Assembly (NCBI RefSeq): GCF_006345805.1
Contig: NC_043002.1
Location: 91,698,001 to 91,762,000, forward strand
DNA: 64,000 nt
Source: Octopus sinensis
Lineage: Eukaryota
Reading direction: 5' to 3'
How positions within the stretch are numbered: position 1 is the first letter of the stretch; every line of letters begins with the position of its first letter. The translations under genes were made by a program, and so were the position numbers. Positions 1-12,790 of this stretch are shown one piece after another. The notes below the pieces were generated by a model that was not told the origin of the DNA, did no database searches, and saw nothing but the letters and a program-made list of their open reading frames with translations.

Positions 1-215
1 TTCTGATTCTCGACCCCATGTCGAATTTATCGATTTTTTTCAGAACTGGGGGAACTTTTCAAAATGTTCACTGCGTTAGTTTTGAATTATGACATTGGGC
101 TATGTGTGTATCAAGTTTCATCAGAATCGGTCGAAACCGTGGTCAGGGTGAGGGTACAACCTAACAGACACACAGACACACACACAGACAAACTGCCGTT
201 TATATAGAGAGAGAT
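1..215 (+). mobile_element. 3' part of a non-autonomous Helitron/Helentron-like (HINE/Lep1-type) element
   Basis: Nearly identical to the 3' half of the complete copy at 49268-49657. Ends in a CA-rich tract followed by TTTATATAGAGAGAGAT. Cut by the window edge. Confidence 0.65.
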
Positions 216-406
216 ATATAATTATTATTTGAGGGAATAAAATCCGATGCGTTAATAATATTAGTCGGATTATTAACAGTGGTAGTGTTAGTGGTAATAA
301 CGACAGCATTTATAATAACAGTGGTAGTATTGATGATAACAACCCCAGCATTCCTATAGTCAGGGAAATTACCGATGATAGTACAATTAATAGTAATGAT
401 AATAAT

Positions 407-893
407 ATGAATAGTATTGTGGTCAATGCTAGCAATAATATTAACACCAATCATAACAATAAAAACTCCGTCTTAGTCTCGGAGGTAAACCCTAACAGAT
501 TAAAGTTCTTATCCAGCAATTCCAAAATTAGAAATTCCATTTACCAGTGCAAAATTTCTTCCGGTACCGATGTCTTCTTCTACATTGGGGTAACTACTTC
601 TAAATTAGCCCACAGGATCTCCAACCATTATTCAACTTTCCGAGATAAGAGAAAACATCACAGCACTAAGTAAAATAGTTTGGCGTCTTAAGGACAGTAA
701 TACAACTTTCAAGCTGGAATGGTCCATATTGTCTGTATCCTTTCCGTTTGATAAAGGCAGAAAATGTTGTGGTGTCTGTAATTCCGAACTTTTCCATATC
801 TTATTCGCCAAAGTCCCTTTATTAAATACAATGGTCGAGAAATCCTATAGATGCATGCACTGACAAAAACACACCTTTCACTCATATGAATAA
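407..893 (+). pseudogene. Penelope-like element C-terminal GIY-YIG endonuclease, frameshifted, with a stop codon
   Basis: ORF 407-673 gives NSIYQCKI...FFYIGVTTSKLAHRISNHYSTFR. A frameshift near 665 continues ALSKIVWRLKDSNTTFKLEWSILSVSFPFDKGRKCCGVCNSELFHILFAKVPLLN...RCMH*, matching the PLE GIY-YIG pattern (IY/YIG, R...H, LSK.IW.LK, W.I, CxxC..E...I...LLN). Confidence 0.85.
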
Positions 894-1450
894 TGATTAA
901 TATAGATAACCTCCTTGAATTTTAGTAATATAGTCCCATTTATATATCACCCCCATAGTCAATTTTTATACTCTTAAAGGACTACTACCCAACCCATGGA
1001 GGTGTGTTTTACCTTTGTCTCTCTAATTCGCCCTCCTCTCTCTCTCTCTCTTTCTCTCTCTCTATCGTAAGCACAATCAAACACACAGACACAAACCTGT
1101 AACTTCACCACTGTCTGTTTTTAGCATCTACCCATCCACACACACAATCACGCACACACATACACACACATAGCCATTAATGCAATTATATACATACACA
1201 CACATAGGCACTCATTCACAAAAGAAAACAACAAAATCACCATTCATTTGACCTGCACCCTTTTACCTTCCTATTCTTAGGTCTCTCTCCTCCAACCTTA
1301 TTTGAACCCTTGAACCTTCTAGAATTTTCTACATTCAACCATTTTTGACGTCACTGTTTATAACGGAATATTTTAAAGAAACACTCATTATCGCTATGGG
1401 CTCTGTGCGGGCAGTCATCTAAAAGTTTTTGTGCATCTTGATGCTGACAT

Positions 1451-1560
1451 AAATTCCTTACTTTTCCTGATGAGAAGGCGGCATAATGTACCCCTTATTC
1501 CTTCGAAATTAGGAATATGCAGCCTTCGAAACATATGTCGAAAATAAAATAAAGGAATTT
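1451..1560 (+). ncRNA. Type I hammerhead ribozyme (Penelope-associated)
   Basis: Core CUGAUGA 1467-1473. Stem II GAAGGC/GCCUUC extended by GCAUA/UAUGC and AUUCCU/AGGAAU. GAAAC-AUAU-GUC at 1528-1539 with a palindromic loop III. Stem I UUUUC/GAAAA plus distal AAAUUCCUU/AAGGAAUUU. Predicted cleavage after C1539. Confidence 0.85.
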
Positions 1561-1750
1561 TGTTAATTCGTCGTTCAACTCCATTCTTTCATATATTTGT
1601 ATTTAAAAAAAACATACAAATTTCCGCACGATAGCACGTGATCTCTGCCCTAGGCATGTAGCTTCAACCGTGTTTTTCTGACGTGAATTTGCTACCCAGG
1701 TATCGGTTAACCGAATTATCCATAATAAGATAATTCATTCAACTACTCAA

Positions 1751-1786
<36 letters not shown>

Positions 1787-2294
1787 ATTATAAAGTTAAT
1801 AGTGACATTTACTGATTAAAAGACTCTGAAGATATTGTGAAGATTGGAATTTATATTAGTTTGAATGAGACTTCACGTTTTACCTTCTGTTTAGGCATTC
1901 ACTTTATGTTGGCGTTTGTATCACCTGCTAAGCTGAGTCTCTTAGATATATGGAATTACTTCATTTTGAAGGCAAGACTGAACTATTGCACAAAAATAGA
2001 CACTAGGATCCCATATTAGTGTATCCCTTCTGTGTGATTTTGATTCGGGAATCGAACGGACTACTCTGGATGAGGTCGTTAGGATGCACCATTACAAAGC
2101 CTTGATTTTGCTAACGCTGTAATATATGTTAATAGTCTTTCCATAGAATGTAAATATTTGTTTCAGAGCCTACGTATTGCGCCTTATAATTTACAATAAA
2201 TGTAAAGGTTCTTACATGAGTAGGGCTATTTGTAAAACTGTATCTCCAGTGTAAAGACAATTTAATTCAAATGTTTCTTTTTTGTGTGATTTTA

Positions 2295-2830
2295 CAGGCG
2301 TTCTAAGATTTAAACAACTGGAACGTTTCCATCAGATATGTCTCAGAAGGATCTATGGCATTAAGTGGGAGGACCTCATCAGTGATCTTGAGCTAGTGGA
2401 AGGCTCTTGGTGTGTAAGTATAGAAGCTCTTGTGTTGAAGCAAAGGCTCAGATGGAGAGTGGTCATCTGGTCAGGATGGAAGATTCAAGGAAGCCAATAC
2501 AACTCTTTTATGGAGAATAAGCTAAAGGAGAACGACCTCTACATAAACCAAAAATGCCGAAGGCTTCCTTGAGAGATGCTAGTATCTCTCCTGACACATG
2601 TGAGGGCATAGCTATTGACCGTAGCAGGTGGAGAAGGATTGTGCTTAAGGGGACAGCTATTTTTGAGAAATCTCGAGTTGCGCATGAGAAAGTGATGAGG
2701 GATGTCAGGTAGAGCATCGCTGTTGCACTTCCAGACGGTAAGGGTCTTCCTATGGCGCTGACATGCAGTGTCTGTGAAAACCCTGCTTCAGTAAAGCAGG
2801 ACTCAAGTGTCATCTTCGTAGTCACAAAGC
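2295..2830 (+). mobile_element. RTE-clade LINE 3' ORF fragment (degenerate)
   Basis: Translates to LERFHQICLRRIYGIKWEDLISD...LKQRLRW, then after a frameshift GHLVRMEDSR.PIQLFYGE, then R..W...V..G and a terminal CSVC, typical of the RTE/BovB post-RT region. Confidence 0.8.
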
Positions 2831-3395
2831 GAGACTGATGGTTGACTACCTGACCGCTGGTGGTGATGTTACACACCATACTAATCATATCTGCCAGGCA
2901 TGTGAAAAAGAGTGTGATTCGTCGCGCAGACTTAAACGACATGCAGAGGTACAGGCAGCCCAATTACAACGATAGCCGACTATTGCCGGTAAAGGTTTTA
3001 GCTGCCAATTCTGTACAAGACATTGTAGATATTTAGCTGGGCAAAAAAGTCACATTCGATCACAGCACCGTTAACAGATAAGCCTCGTGCAATAGCCATA
3101 CTCGATAACGAGGGGACAGCTATCATCATGTGTGTATGTATATATGTTTGTATGTATGCATGTACATATGCATGTATATATGTATGTACGTACATACGTA
3201 TGTATGCATGTTTGTATGTATTTATGTATGTATGACATTATTCAGTTTTAATTCTAGATTTCTTGACAATAGAGAAGGAGCTGTTTTCTAACCTAGATCC
3301 AGGGCTCCCTTATTGTAATTTTGACATCAAAATTTTGACATCAACAACAGTATATGTATGTATGAATGTATGCATGTTTGTATCGTGCAGATTTC

Positions 3396-3915
3396 TTCCA
3401 GTTGAAGACGCCTTTCCTTTTGATATCCCTTCTTGTATCATTTTGCTACGTTCTCATTTTGTTGTAAAGCATTGTTTTTATAGCCTGTTTGCGTCTCTAC
3501 CTTGCAGGAGTTGTAACAAGAATTTCATGAGCTGGAATATGAAGTTGATTACTGACGACAACGTTCTTTCTATGTGCCGAATGCTCGACTGGCTGTGCTT
3601 TAGTAAGAGCCAGACAGCGTTTGATAATAAAACTAGCTGTCAGAAATCATGATAAAGTCAAAATCCCAAAGCGACTAGATGGGAGAAACAGCATCAACAA
3701 GATGTGAAAGATGCTTTCTAAGAACGCATTGTAACAATAAATGACACATCATAGGCTGTCGTCAGAAATGAACTTCATAATTTCAGCTCATGCAATTCTT
3801 GTTACAACGCCTGCAAAGTAGAGACTAGTTCGACGCAAACAGGCTACAACAAAATGGGAACGTAGCAAAATGATACAAGAAGGGATATCAAAAGGAAAGA
3901 CGTCTTCAACTGGAA
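3396..3915. repeat. Diverged ~165-bp inverted repeats (3396-3560 / 3757-3915), MITE-like
   Basis: TTCCAGTTGAAGACG...GATATCCCTTCTTGTATCATTTTGCTACG...CTGACGACA is mirrored on the opposite strand, with indels. Confidence 0.7.
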
Positions 3916-3989
3916 CAAAATTTCCCGCGTACAAAACCCACTTCTGAACGCATTCTGTGAGTTATGCAGGAAAACTGATAGTCATAGTC

Positions 3990-4200
3990 GAGATTGGCGT
4001 CTGACATACAAATAAATGCTGATGCTCAAAACAAAAAAGTGCTTTATACTTAGATAAAGCAAACCTTTCAAACAAAATCTACAATGACGGCCGCTCTTCG
4101 ATCTAAGAATGGAAGAGATCTGCTGAAAGGCAGAGATGGCATTCTTAAGAGATGGAAGGAACAGTTTGGTGAGCAATAGAGACTCTCTCTCAAGTCTTCT
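3990..4200 (+). mobile_element. RTE-like LINE ORF2 fragment
   Basis: Frame reading TAALRSKNGRDLLKGRDGILKRWKEQF resembles the RTE linker motif (S.DG..L.....IL.RW.EHF). Confidence 0.5.
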
Positions 4201-4288
4201 ATTTAATGTATACATGTGAACTCTGATCTAGAAATTATCTCTCATTTTATTTTCGTATATAATATAATATTACATATATTATTAATAT

Positions 4289-4600
4289 GGTGGCGCAATG
4301 GCCCAGTGGTTAGAGTAGCGGACTCGCGGTCGTAGGATCGCGGTTTCGATTCCCAGACCTGGCGCTGTGAGTGTTTATTGAGCGAAAACCACTAAAGCTC
4401 CACGAGGCTTCGGCAGTGGGGTGGTGGCGATCCCTGCTGTACTCTTTCGCCACAACTTTCTCTCACTCTTTCTTCTGTTGGCCTACTCGCTTAGCCAGTG
4501 GGGTGGCGTCATTCGAAGGCTAAAACAATGCGAAGTGCATTGTGACCAGCGATGTGTAGCAACATCTGATAGCCTGGTCGGTCACAGTGATCACGGTGAT
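4289..4600 (+). mobile_element. tRNA-derived SINE, family A
   Basis: Head GGTGGCGCAATGGCCCAGTGGTTAG...GGTTTCGATTCCC with pol III A/B-box-like motifs. Body shared with 6932-7235 and 38053-38316. Confidence 0.85.
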
Positions 4601-5393
4601 ATTATTAATATATCATCCTTTTTAAGTTGGTGAGGTGTAATTTAAGGGAAAACTGTCTGCTACTTCTGGCATACCAAGTGGCTGCATAGAGCCCACACTT
4701 GTTGGTTCAGATTTATGTCCTAGAGATATTATTTTCCAGAAGTAGCAAACATTAGTTTGCTGCTGTTCAGCTTAGTCATATTTTAGATGCAAGATAAGAT
4801 CAGTTTTGCTACGTTGATGTTGTATAGTAATGTTATGTAACCAAGGTTTAAACCACACACCACTCATCTCTCTAACTTACTGAAAGGGTTCGTTTATTGA
4901 TGGCTGTGCTTTCAGTAAAATTCCGCTGCTGAATTCAAGATTGCCTCATCAAATAAGAAACTGCGTATATTATTTTACCTCAAACGTAAATAATTACGCA
5001 CATACGAACACACTCACGAACACACACTCTCACGAACTCGCGCGCGCACACAAATGTACATGCATACGCATACACTCATGTACACAGACGCAACTTCTAG
5101 ATACCAGTGCCCTGGTATGCTCGCTCTGATATACGCAATGCAAGGCATGTAAATTGGTCTCCGTCATCATCGACGATGAATATTATTTTTGATCGATCAA
5201 CTAAACTACCCACTCATTATATTTTGGCCTTAATGGCTGAGTATTAAATATGTATTCTTCAGAGAATTCTTAGGCAGAATCAGCATGACACAGTGTATGG
5301 AACAAACCTGGAGATTTGACTTTCATATTAATAACTTGTAGGGACGCGGTATTTCGTTATGCACCCATAACATACTATATAATTTTCTGCTAT

Positions 5394-5563
5394 TTGTTTC
5401 AGCCATTTGACTGCGGCCACGCTGGTGCACCGCCTTTAGTCGACCAAGTCCATCCCAGGTCGTATTCTTAGTAAGCCTAGAACTTATTCTATCGGTCTCT
5501 TACGGGGACATAACCACACCAACATCGATTGCCAAGCGATGTTGGGGAAACAAACACAAACAT

Positions 5564-5596
<33 letters not shown>

Positions 5597-5631
5597 ATAT
5601 ATATATATATATATTATATATATATATATAT

Positions 5632-5664
<33 letters not shown>

Positions 5665-5811
5665 CGACAGGATTCTTTCAGTTTCCGTCTACCAAATCCA
5701 CTCAAAAGGCTTTGGTGGCCCGAGGCTATAGTAGAAGACACTTGCCTAAGGTGTCACGCAGTGGAACTGAACCCGGGGACCAAACTACTTTGCACATAAA
5801 TCACTCCTGCG
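5394..5811 (-). mobile_element. SINE family B (internal TA microsatellite)
   Basis: Homologous to 24843-25247, 61677-62093 and 63453-63840. Confidence 0.8.
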
Positions 5812-6371
5812 CTTACTATATGAAGTATATTTAAACGTTTTTTTATTTGTCAACACAGTGTTCAACTGCGGTAGGAGTGCGCTTTACTTACAACAATTGT
5901 TAACGTTATGTCTACAGATATATTATAGTAATTATTGCTAGCATTGATTTTTGTTACGACGTTTCGTATCCGTGACCAATTTTACATATTAAACACAATC
6001 TTGGAATCTGGTACGTAAATAGGGACAAGGTATAACTAATAACGTTACGCCGCTGTATTTAGTGGCTATTTAAGCAATGTGTTCGTGGATGATTGAGGGG
6101 TTAGATGGGTGCTGACGAAGGAGCGAAAGCTTCCGAAATATGGTCTAAACGCCCATTACCTTCTGTTCAGCTTCGATCTCATTATTTGTTTACTTCTGAC
6201 ATTTCGGATACGAAACGTCGTATATAATTATCTATAGAGATAATTATACGTCGTATATAATTAGCTATTGAGATAATTATCTGTAGAGTTAACCTTAATA
6301 AGTGATTTGAGTTTCAGGTACAATGCATTATGAATGGCAGAATACTTCACTGATATGTGTATATTAAAAGT

Positions 6372-6429
<58 letters not shown>

Positions 6430-6931
6430 ATTTCATACACACACACATGCTCATTGTAATATTTGTTGTTCCTCCTTTTGTCACGAAAAAGAAAAAAAAC
6501 CTTCGTAACTCCGGCGTCTTGGTTTCCTATAACACGTAAAATGATTTCCCTACAATACGAAGTAACGTTGGATCCTTAAATTTCCGGAACAGTCCGGCTA
6601 AATAAATTACCTTAGGGTGTTCATCGTCGCAGTTTCATGCACTAGGCATGAGTCGACCTCATGCTAGTTTAAAAAGACATTCACCCAAGTTGTTATGCTA
6701 TGGGATCTAACCCAAGTCATCATAATTATGAAGGTTATTAGGTGACCACTAGGCCATACCTGTATCATAAGCAGTGTGCATAAACTCACACAAACACCTG
6801 TTTGCATTTACAAATGTACACTCGCACACTAAGCACCCTCACATCTATCTATTTATGCACCTCCCAGATATGACGAATACTAGAGTCGATGCGTATCAGT
6901 AAGTATATTATATGCATATATAGATAAATGT

Positions 6932-7235
6932 GGAGGCGCAATGGCCCAGTGACTAGGCAGCGGACACGCGGTCGTAGGATCGCGGTTTCGATACTCAGAC
7001 CGGGCGTTGTGAGTGTTTATTGAGCGAAAACACCTATAGCTGCACGAGGCTCCGGCAGGGGGTGGTGGCGATCCCTGCTGTACTCTTTCTCCACAACTTT
7101 CTCTCACTCTTTCTTCTGTTGGTCTGCTCGTTTAGCCAGCGGGGTGGCGTCATTTGAAGGCTAAAACAATGCGAAGCGCATTGTGACCAGCAATGTGTAG
7201 CAACGTCTGATAGTCTGGTCGGTCACAGTGATCAC
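6932..7235 (+). mobile_element. tRNA-derived SINE, family A
   Basis: High similarity to 4289-4600. Confidence 0.85.
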
Positions 7236-7843
7236 ATAGATAAATCACACATGTATGTGTGCATGTGCTTGTATGCGTGTTTGAGTGTGTGTGTGTGGGG
7301 TGGGGGGTAATACTCTGCCATTTAGGCTCAGATACAATGAATAACTGGTTAGTTTATCGGTCTACAGTAATATTCTTCGTTGGCACCGATAGAGATACAT
7401 TTAAATATTTTATACTACGTAAGAGCGTATGTATCTACGTACAAGTATCTGTATGTTGTGCGTGTGTGTGTCTGTTTGTGTGTGTGTGCGTGCAGGTGCA
7501 TGTTTGTTAATGTGTGAGTATATTTGCTTACGTTAAAGGTAAAATAATATGCGCATAATTGTCTGATGAAGCAGTGGAATTTTACTGAAAGCACCACCAT
7601 CAATAAACGAACTCTCAGAAAGTTTGAAAGATGAGTAGCAAAACTAATCTTATCTCGCATCTAAAATACGTTGAACAGCAACAAATTAATATTTACTTCA
7701 GCTGCAAAATAACTATCGCCAGAACATAAATATAGTCAAGCTAATAATTGCGAACTCTACGTGACTGATGAACATGCTAGAATTAACTGACAATTCTCCC
7801 GCAAATTATACCTTATCGTTTTAAAAAGGACGGATATTAGGTA

Positions 7844-8226
7844 ATCTCTCTATATAAAGCTGACGTTGTTTGTGTGTGTGTGGCAGGTTTGGTAGCCTTC
7901 AACTAACACTATCTCCTCCGAGACCCAGCTGCGCAAGTTGACTAAAATTGAGATTATGACAGAAGAAGGCTTGCTCTTCCTTTCGTAGAAGAAAATATTC
8001 AAAATTTTAACACAAAAGATTATTTACATAAAAAAGGTGCTTTTTTCTATGAAAATCCCTATTTTCTACGATTTTTTTACTGCTGTGTCGCCATTTTTGC
8101 AGTGTATTTCAACCAGAAAAACGTTAACTTTTTAATAAGAAGCTACATAATGCATAAGTTTTACTTTTCAAAAATTCCAATTCTAAAGGGTCGAAACGAA
8201 CCCGAGCAACGCCGATACTGCTAGTA
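7844..8226 (-). mobile_element. Non-autonomous Helitron/Helentron-like element
   Basis: Minus strand starts ACTAGCAGTATCGGCGTTGCTCGGG and ends CA-tract...TTTATATAGAGAGAT, the same termini as 28267-28668 and 49268-49657. Confidence 0.65.
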
Positions 8227-9957
8227 ATGGATATAATGCTTTCTCTGAGAATATGATGAAATGGTCATTGTTGGATCAGAGCTGATTTAGACAAAGCAAC
8301 ATTTTGATAAAGGAGGCATGTATGCAAATAGATCGAGCCGATGGAATGTTTATCTCGTATAACACAAGCACATTGGTGTTATATACTCAGAAAGCAAGAT
8401 GATCACGAAGGGAACATACATGTCCGTTGCTCTACTGATTCAATACTCGTCTGAGACTAAACAACAACAACAACAGCAACAAGATATTTTGGCACTTTAA
8501 AATATGATGGAGTCAGTTTGAAGTGTTATATTGCACGCGTCAACTACCACGCAAATCTTGTAATCAACACTTTAATGGAATCTTCCATAGCACACTGAGA
8601 TGTTTGGTAAAACTCAAAGTCGAGATCAGAATGATTTGGGATCCATACTGTTGAAGGTTAGAGGAACACAAGTAATCTTCACTCATTCCTGCTCGCCGGT
8701 AACGCTTTAAGGCATCAACACCACAGAATTCCACTAGTAACCACGCTTCTCCTTTCTATTCCCTTCCTCCTCTTTCTCTCTTCCACTTCTCTTATCTCCT
8801 CCGTCCTTCTCTCTCTGGAATTGACTGTTATCAGATCTGAAGAGGAATGACATTCGCCTATCTCAAATGGCCAAGCGTCGCCATATGCCATGACAGCACC
8901 TCTATGATTCAACTAAGAGATGAGGACTAAAAGAAAGTGGAAAGAGGTTATGGTTGGCCGACGATGACTAACAAAACTGAAACATATCCACAATTATTGT
9001 TTATACCTGCCAATAAGAGACTCAAATAAAAGTAATCATTGAGCTTATAATTTCTTCTTTTCTCATTAATTAATCGATTATTTTTGTTATTAGATTGTTC
9101 ATGGTAGTATTGCCTTGACGTAAACACAAATCTTAAACTTAGAAGAAATACCAATCGTCATTTTAACCTCTTTGCATTGGTCCTTTAGATGTAGCTTATT
9201 ACAATTAACTATATTTCAACAAGTAATTTAGTCTATCATCAGAAATGCCAAATGTTTCCAAATTTCGGTTTTAATCAATTCCCTGCTTCGAAACAGAATG
9301 ATGACGTCAACTGATTTGACAGCATTAATAAAACCCGGATGTAGGAAGATGACCTTTTAATCACTAAGTGTGATGTATTAGTCTTCAATAATGAAATTAA
9401 CCTTGCCAGTATTTTTTTTTCTTTCTTATTTGCAAAGAAACAACCACAACATAAATAGTGCCAGAAACAAACAACCGACAAAACGCAACAATCAAAGTTC
9501 ACAAAAAAAAAAGAGAAAAAATGGCGTCGGCGACAACAACAACAACATCGGTGATGAAAACAGTAACAATGGTGATGAAAGGGAAGAAGAAGAAAAACGG
9601 ATAGGCTGGCGAAGACAGTTTGAAGCAAAACAATATTAACCATGTTTTAATGTAATTTGAAAAGGCGTAAAATGGAACTAAAGCCAAAATCTGTGTCATT
9701 TGCTCGAGCTGTTTTTGACGTAACTAATTTGCATAAACAGGTGGCGCACACAATGTACTATTCGATATATATGTACATGCATGTGTGCGTTTATGTGATT
9801 ATGCATCCTCATAACGTATACGCGATTTTCACACGTGCGGATGTATATGGGATAGAGAGATAGATAGACTGAAGGAGAAACAAAGAGAAAGAAGGATAAC
9901 AAGCGATAAGGATGAGCAATATAGAGTAGACATAAAAAATGAAAGCGATTGAGATAG

Positions 9958-9971
9958 ATAGAAAGATAGAT

Positions 9972-10059
<88 letters not shown>

Positions 10060-10082
10060 GTAGATAGATAGGTGGATAGATG

Positions 10083-10145
<63 letters not shown>

Positions 10146-10162
10146 TGATAGATGGATAGATG

Positions 10163-10205
<43 letters not shown>

Positions 10206-10212
10206 GGATAGA
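9958..10212. repeat. (GATA)n microsatellite
   Basis: Direct inspection. Confidence 0.95.
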
Positions 10213-10657
10213 TAAAGAGAGAAATGAATTGGTAGATAGAGAAGGAGATAGAAATAGAGATACAGAGAGAAGCCAGATAAACAGACAGATTAACAGACAT
10301 ACATATAGATAGATATATAGAGAGATAAGAGGGAGAGAGAGGGAGAGGGAGAAGATGGGGAGAGAGATAGGAGTGTGACTGGCAGAAGACGACACTGGGT
10401 GTATGTCATTTAAAAATATATAATAACAGCTTCCCAAAATTCACGCAAATGCTGTATCTTGTGTCTGTATGTGGCTGAAGTGAGAGGTAAAATAGAGAGG
10501 TAAAATTGTGACCTAGACAGATAACTGTTTCTTTCTTTGTATTTGTTTTTTTTTTCGTTTGTTTTAATTCTGATATACAACAATAATCCATAAATAGCTT
10601 GAAATACATTGAAATACATATATGTATAGATGCATAGATATATTATATTCACACGTG

Positions 10658-11015
10658 TGTATGTATGTATGTATGTATGTATGTATGTATGTATGTATGT
10701 ATGTATGTATGTATGTATGTATGCATGTATGTATGTATGTATGCATGTACGTATGTATATATGTATGTGTGTATGTATGTATGTATGTATGTATGCATGT
10801 ATGTATGTATGTATGTATGCATGTATGTATGCATGTATGTATGTGTGCATGTATGTATGTGTGTGTATGTATGTATGTATGTATGTATGCATGTATGCAT
10901 GTATGTATGTATGTATGCATGTATGTATGTATGTATGTATGCATGTATGTATGTATGTATGTATATGTGTGTGCGTGTGCGCGCGCATTTGTGAGTTTGT
11001 ATGTATGTATGTATG
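10658..11015. repeat. (TATG)n microsatellite
   Basis: Direct inspection. Confidence 0.95.
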
Positions 11016-12539
11016 TAATAACTGTTTCTCAGTCAGGCTGAAGGCTAATAGTTTCGGAGACAAATTTTAATCGATAGCTTCGAGCCGAGTACTTTATTCT
11101 TCCACTCTGCCGAGATGATAGGTAGATTGAATGCTGGCAGGGGAAAAAAAGCCGGAAGGAAAATGCAAAGTATTTTCTTTCCGACACTCTAGCGATTATG
11201 CCGTTTCAATCACTATTAGCTGCTAATAGTAAAATCATTATAATGCTGCAAATACAACATTTCACAAGGATGTTACAAAAGCAAATTTAGTAAATAATGT
11301 TCGTGTATACAGCAGGAGTAAACATGAAAAACAACAAAAAGAAAACAATAAAATAATGCAGCGAAATGAAATGTCTCAATGGAGTAGCCACCTAAAGCCA
11401 GTAAAAGAGAGTATGGATCTTTTCGGTTTGAACCGCAGTTTTTAACATAATTTCTTGGTAACTTCGTATACTAGTAGAATGTGTTTATAAAACATCTTTT
11501 TCTCTTGACTTTATTGAGAAAATTCTATAGTTTGGAAGATATTTGTTGTTTTTTTCTTCAATTTCTGCAATTTCAACCAATCACTGGCGTCCATTATGGT
11601 AAACAACATTCTGTGCTGTATGAATATGTCCCTCGTTTAAAAAACAGATTGGGTTTATTTACATTTGTGAAGAAAAAAAGATACCCTTCCCCTCACCCCT
11701 AACCCTAACTAACCCTAACCCTAAAACAGATTGAAATGCAATAGATCGATTCTAGGGTCATAATTATGGGTGACAATTTCATATGACAGAGTATTAATAG
11801 ATCCCGTATTACCAATATTACAGAGGCCAAAAACTATCTCTCACTTATATCTTCGGTTTACAGTCGCAGGATGAGAGTAGGCCCATTCAACATGGGCCAT
11901 ACTCTTCTCCATTCTTTCCAAGCATTCAGCAGATGTAAAGGACCTCCCCTCCATCCAAACGTTGCTCTTCGAGTGTTATTTGAAAAACTGACCGGTGATC
12001 GACCGGGTCAAATGCAAAATCCTATTCTTTGTCATCTCAGTCTTGAACACAAAACTACTACTATTTTCACCATAAATAACTACTAGACATAGGAACATTG
12101 CTTTCTCTTCTAGACCAAAGTAGAGGCTTAAAGAGAGCTTCATGAAATCCCTGGTTGATTGCTAGATACATCCAATACGTGTCAACAGCCGCTTGAAATA
12201 TAACTCTACAGGTCAGCGATGTTTGAGCATTCGACATGTATGTGGTGAACTGTTTAGTTATTCAATGAAGATCCAAAGCAGCTCCGGATTATGGTACTAC
12301 TGTACCTCTGTGTACCTCCAATTGACAAAGTTTTTAAGAAGTACTGCTAATCCATAGTCTTTTCGAAGTCGTTCATATCATGTGAGTAGAAAGTATTTAG
12401 GAGTAGACTATTAAATTACTTCACATCAAAAATCAGATCTCACTCATGAACAATACTTACTATGGATTAAACCGGCCTCGGTTTCAAAGATTGAAATACT
12501 TGTAGAAGATTGTAACCACCTGACAATATTCCCCTTTAT

Positions 12540-12790
12540 TCATGGCTAGAGCTCAAACGAAGAGATGAGCTGTGGAGAAAAGGACCCTGACAAAAATCGA
12601 TCGCATCTGTAGGACTCTTTGTGGACATCTCAGCCTCAGCATGGAACCACATCACACACTCTTTGCAGTCTGTCAAGGACTGTATCTTTAGTTCGGTTTT
12701 CGTAGTGCACCTCAACCATTCGGATCTATCGACTGGCTTTATAGTCCTCAAGCATTAACTCACAACCTTGACTCGGACAACGCAATCTGT
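12540..12790 (-). mobile_element. Possible highly decayed LTR-retrotransposon integrase zinc-binding region
   Basis: Minus frame reads ...VEVHYENRTKDTVLDRLQRVCDVVPC*G*DVHKESYRCDRF, loosely like H...T..RL...W.P...DV......CD.C. Several stops; weak match. Confidence 0.25.

Larger units (their letters stand above)
230..1757 (+). mobile_element. 5'-truncated Penelope-like retroelement (endonuclease, 3' pseudo-LTR with hammerhead), ending at (TA)n
   Basis: GIY-YIG remnant, then a 3' non-coding region with a hammerhead at 1451-1560, joined to a (TA)n tract at about 1757. Boundaries approximate. Confidence 0.7.

Noticed and set aside
4289-4360. tRNA gene
   Set aside because: A/B-box-like motifs are present, but the sequence continues into a SINE body repeated several times in the window. 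It is a SINE head, not a tRNA.
7563-7600. CTGATGA...GAAA as a hammerhead
   Set aside because: Stem II is only about 3 bp, and there is no NUH cleavage triplet or stem I partner.
9391-9639. N/K/E-rich 82-aa ORF as a host exon
   Set aside because: Low-complexity composition, no recognisable domain and no supported splice structure.
9809-11070. Long ORFs of 100-217 aa (YLSI, MYVC and HTYI repeats)
   Set aside because: They are translations of (GATA)n and (TATG)n microsatellites. The same applies to the ORFs at 25876-28187, 42564-46969 and similar regions.
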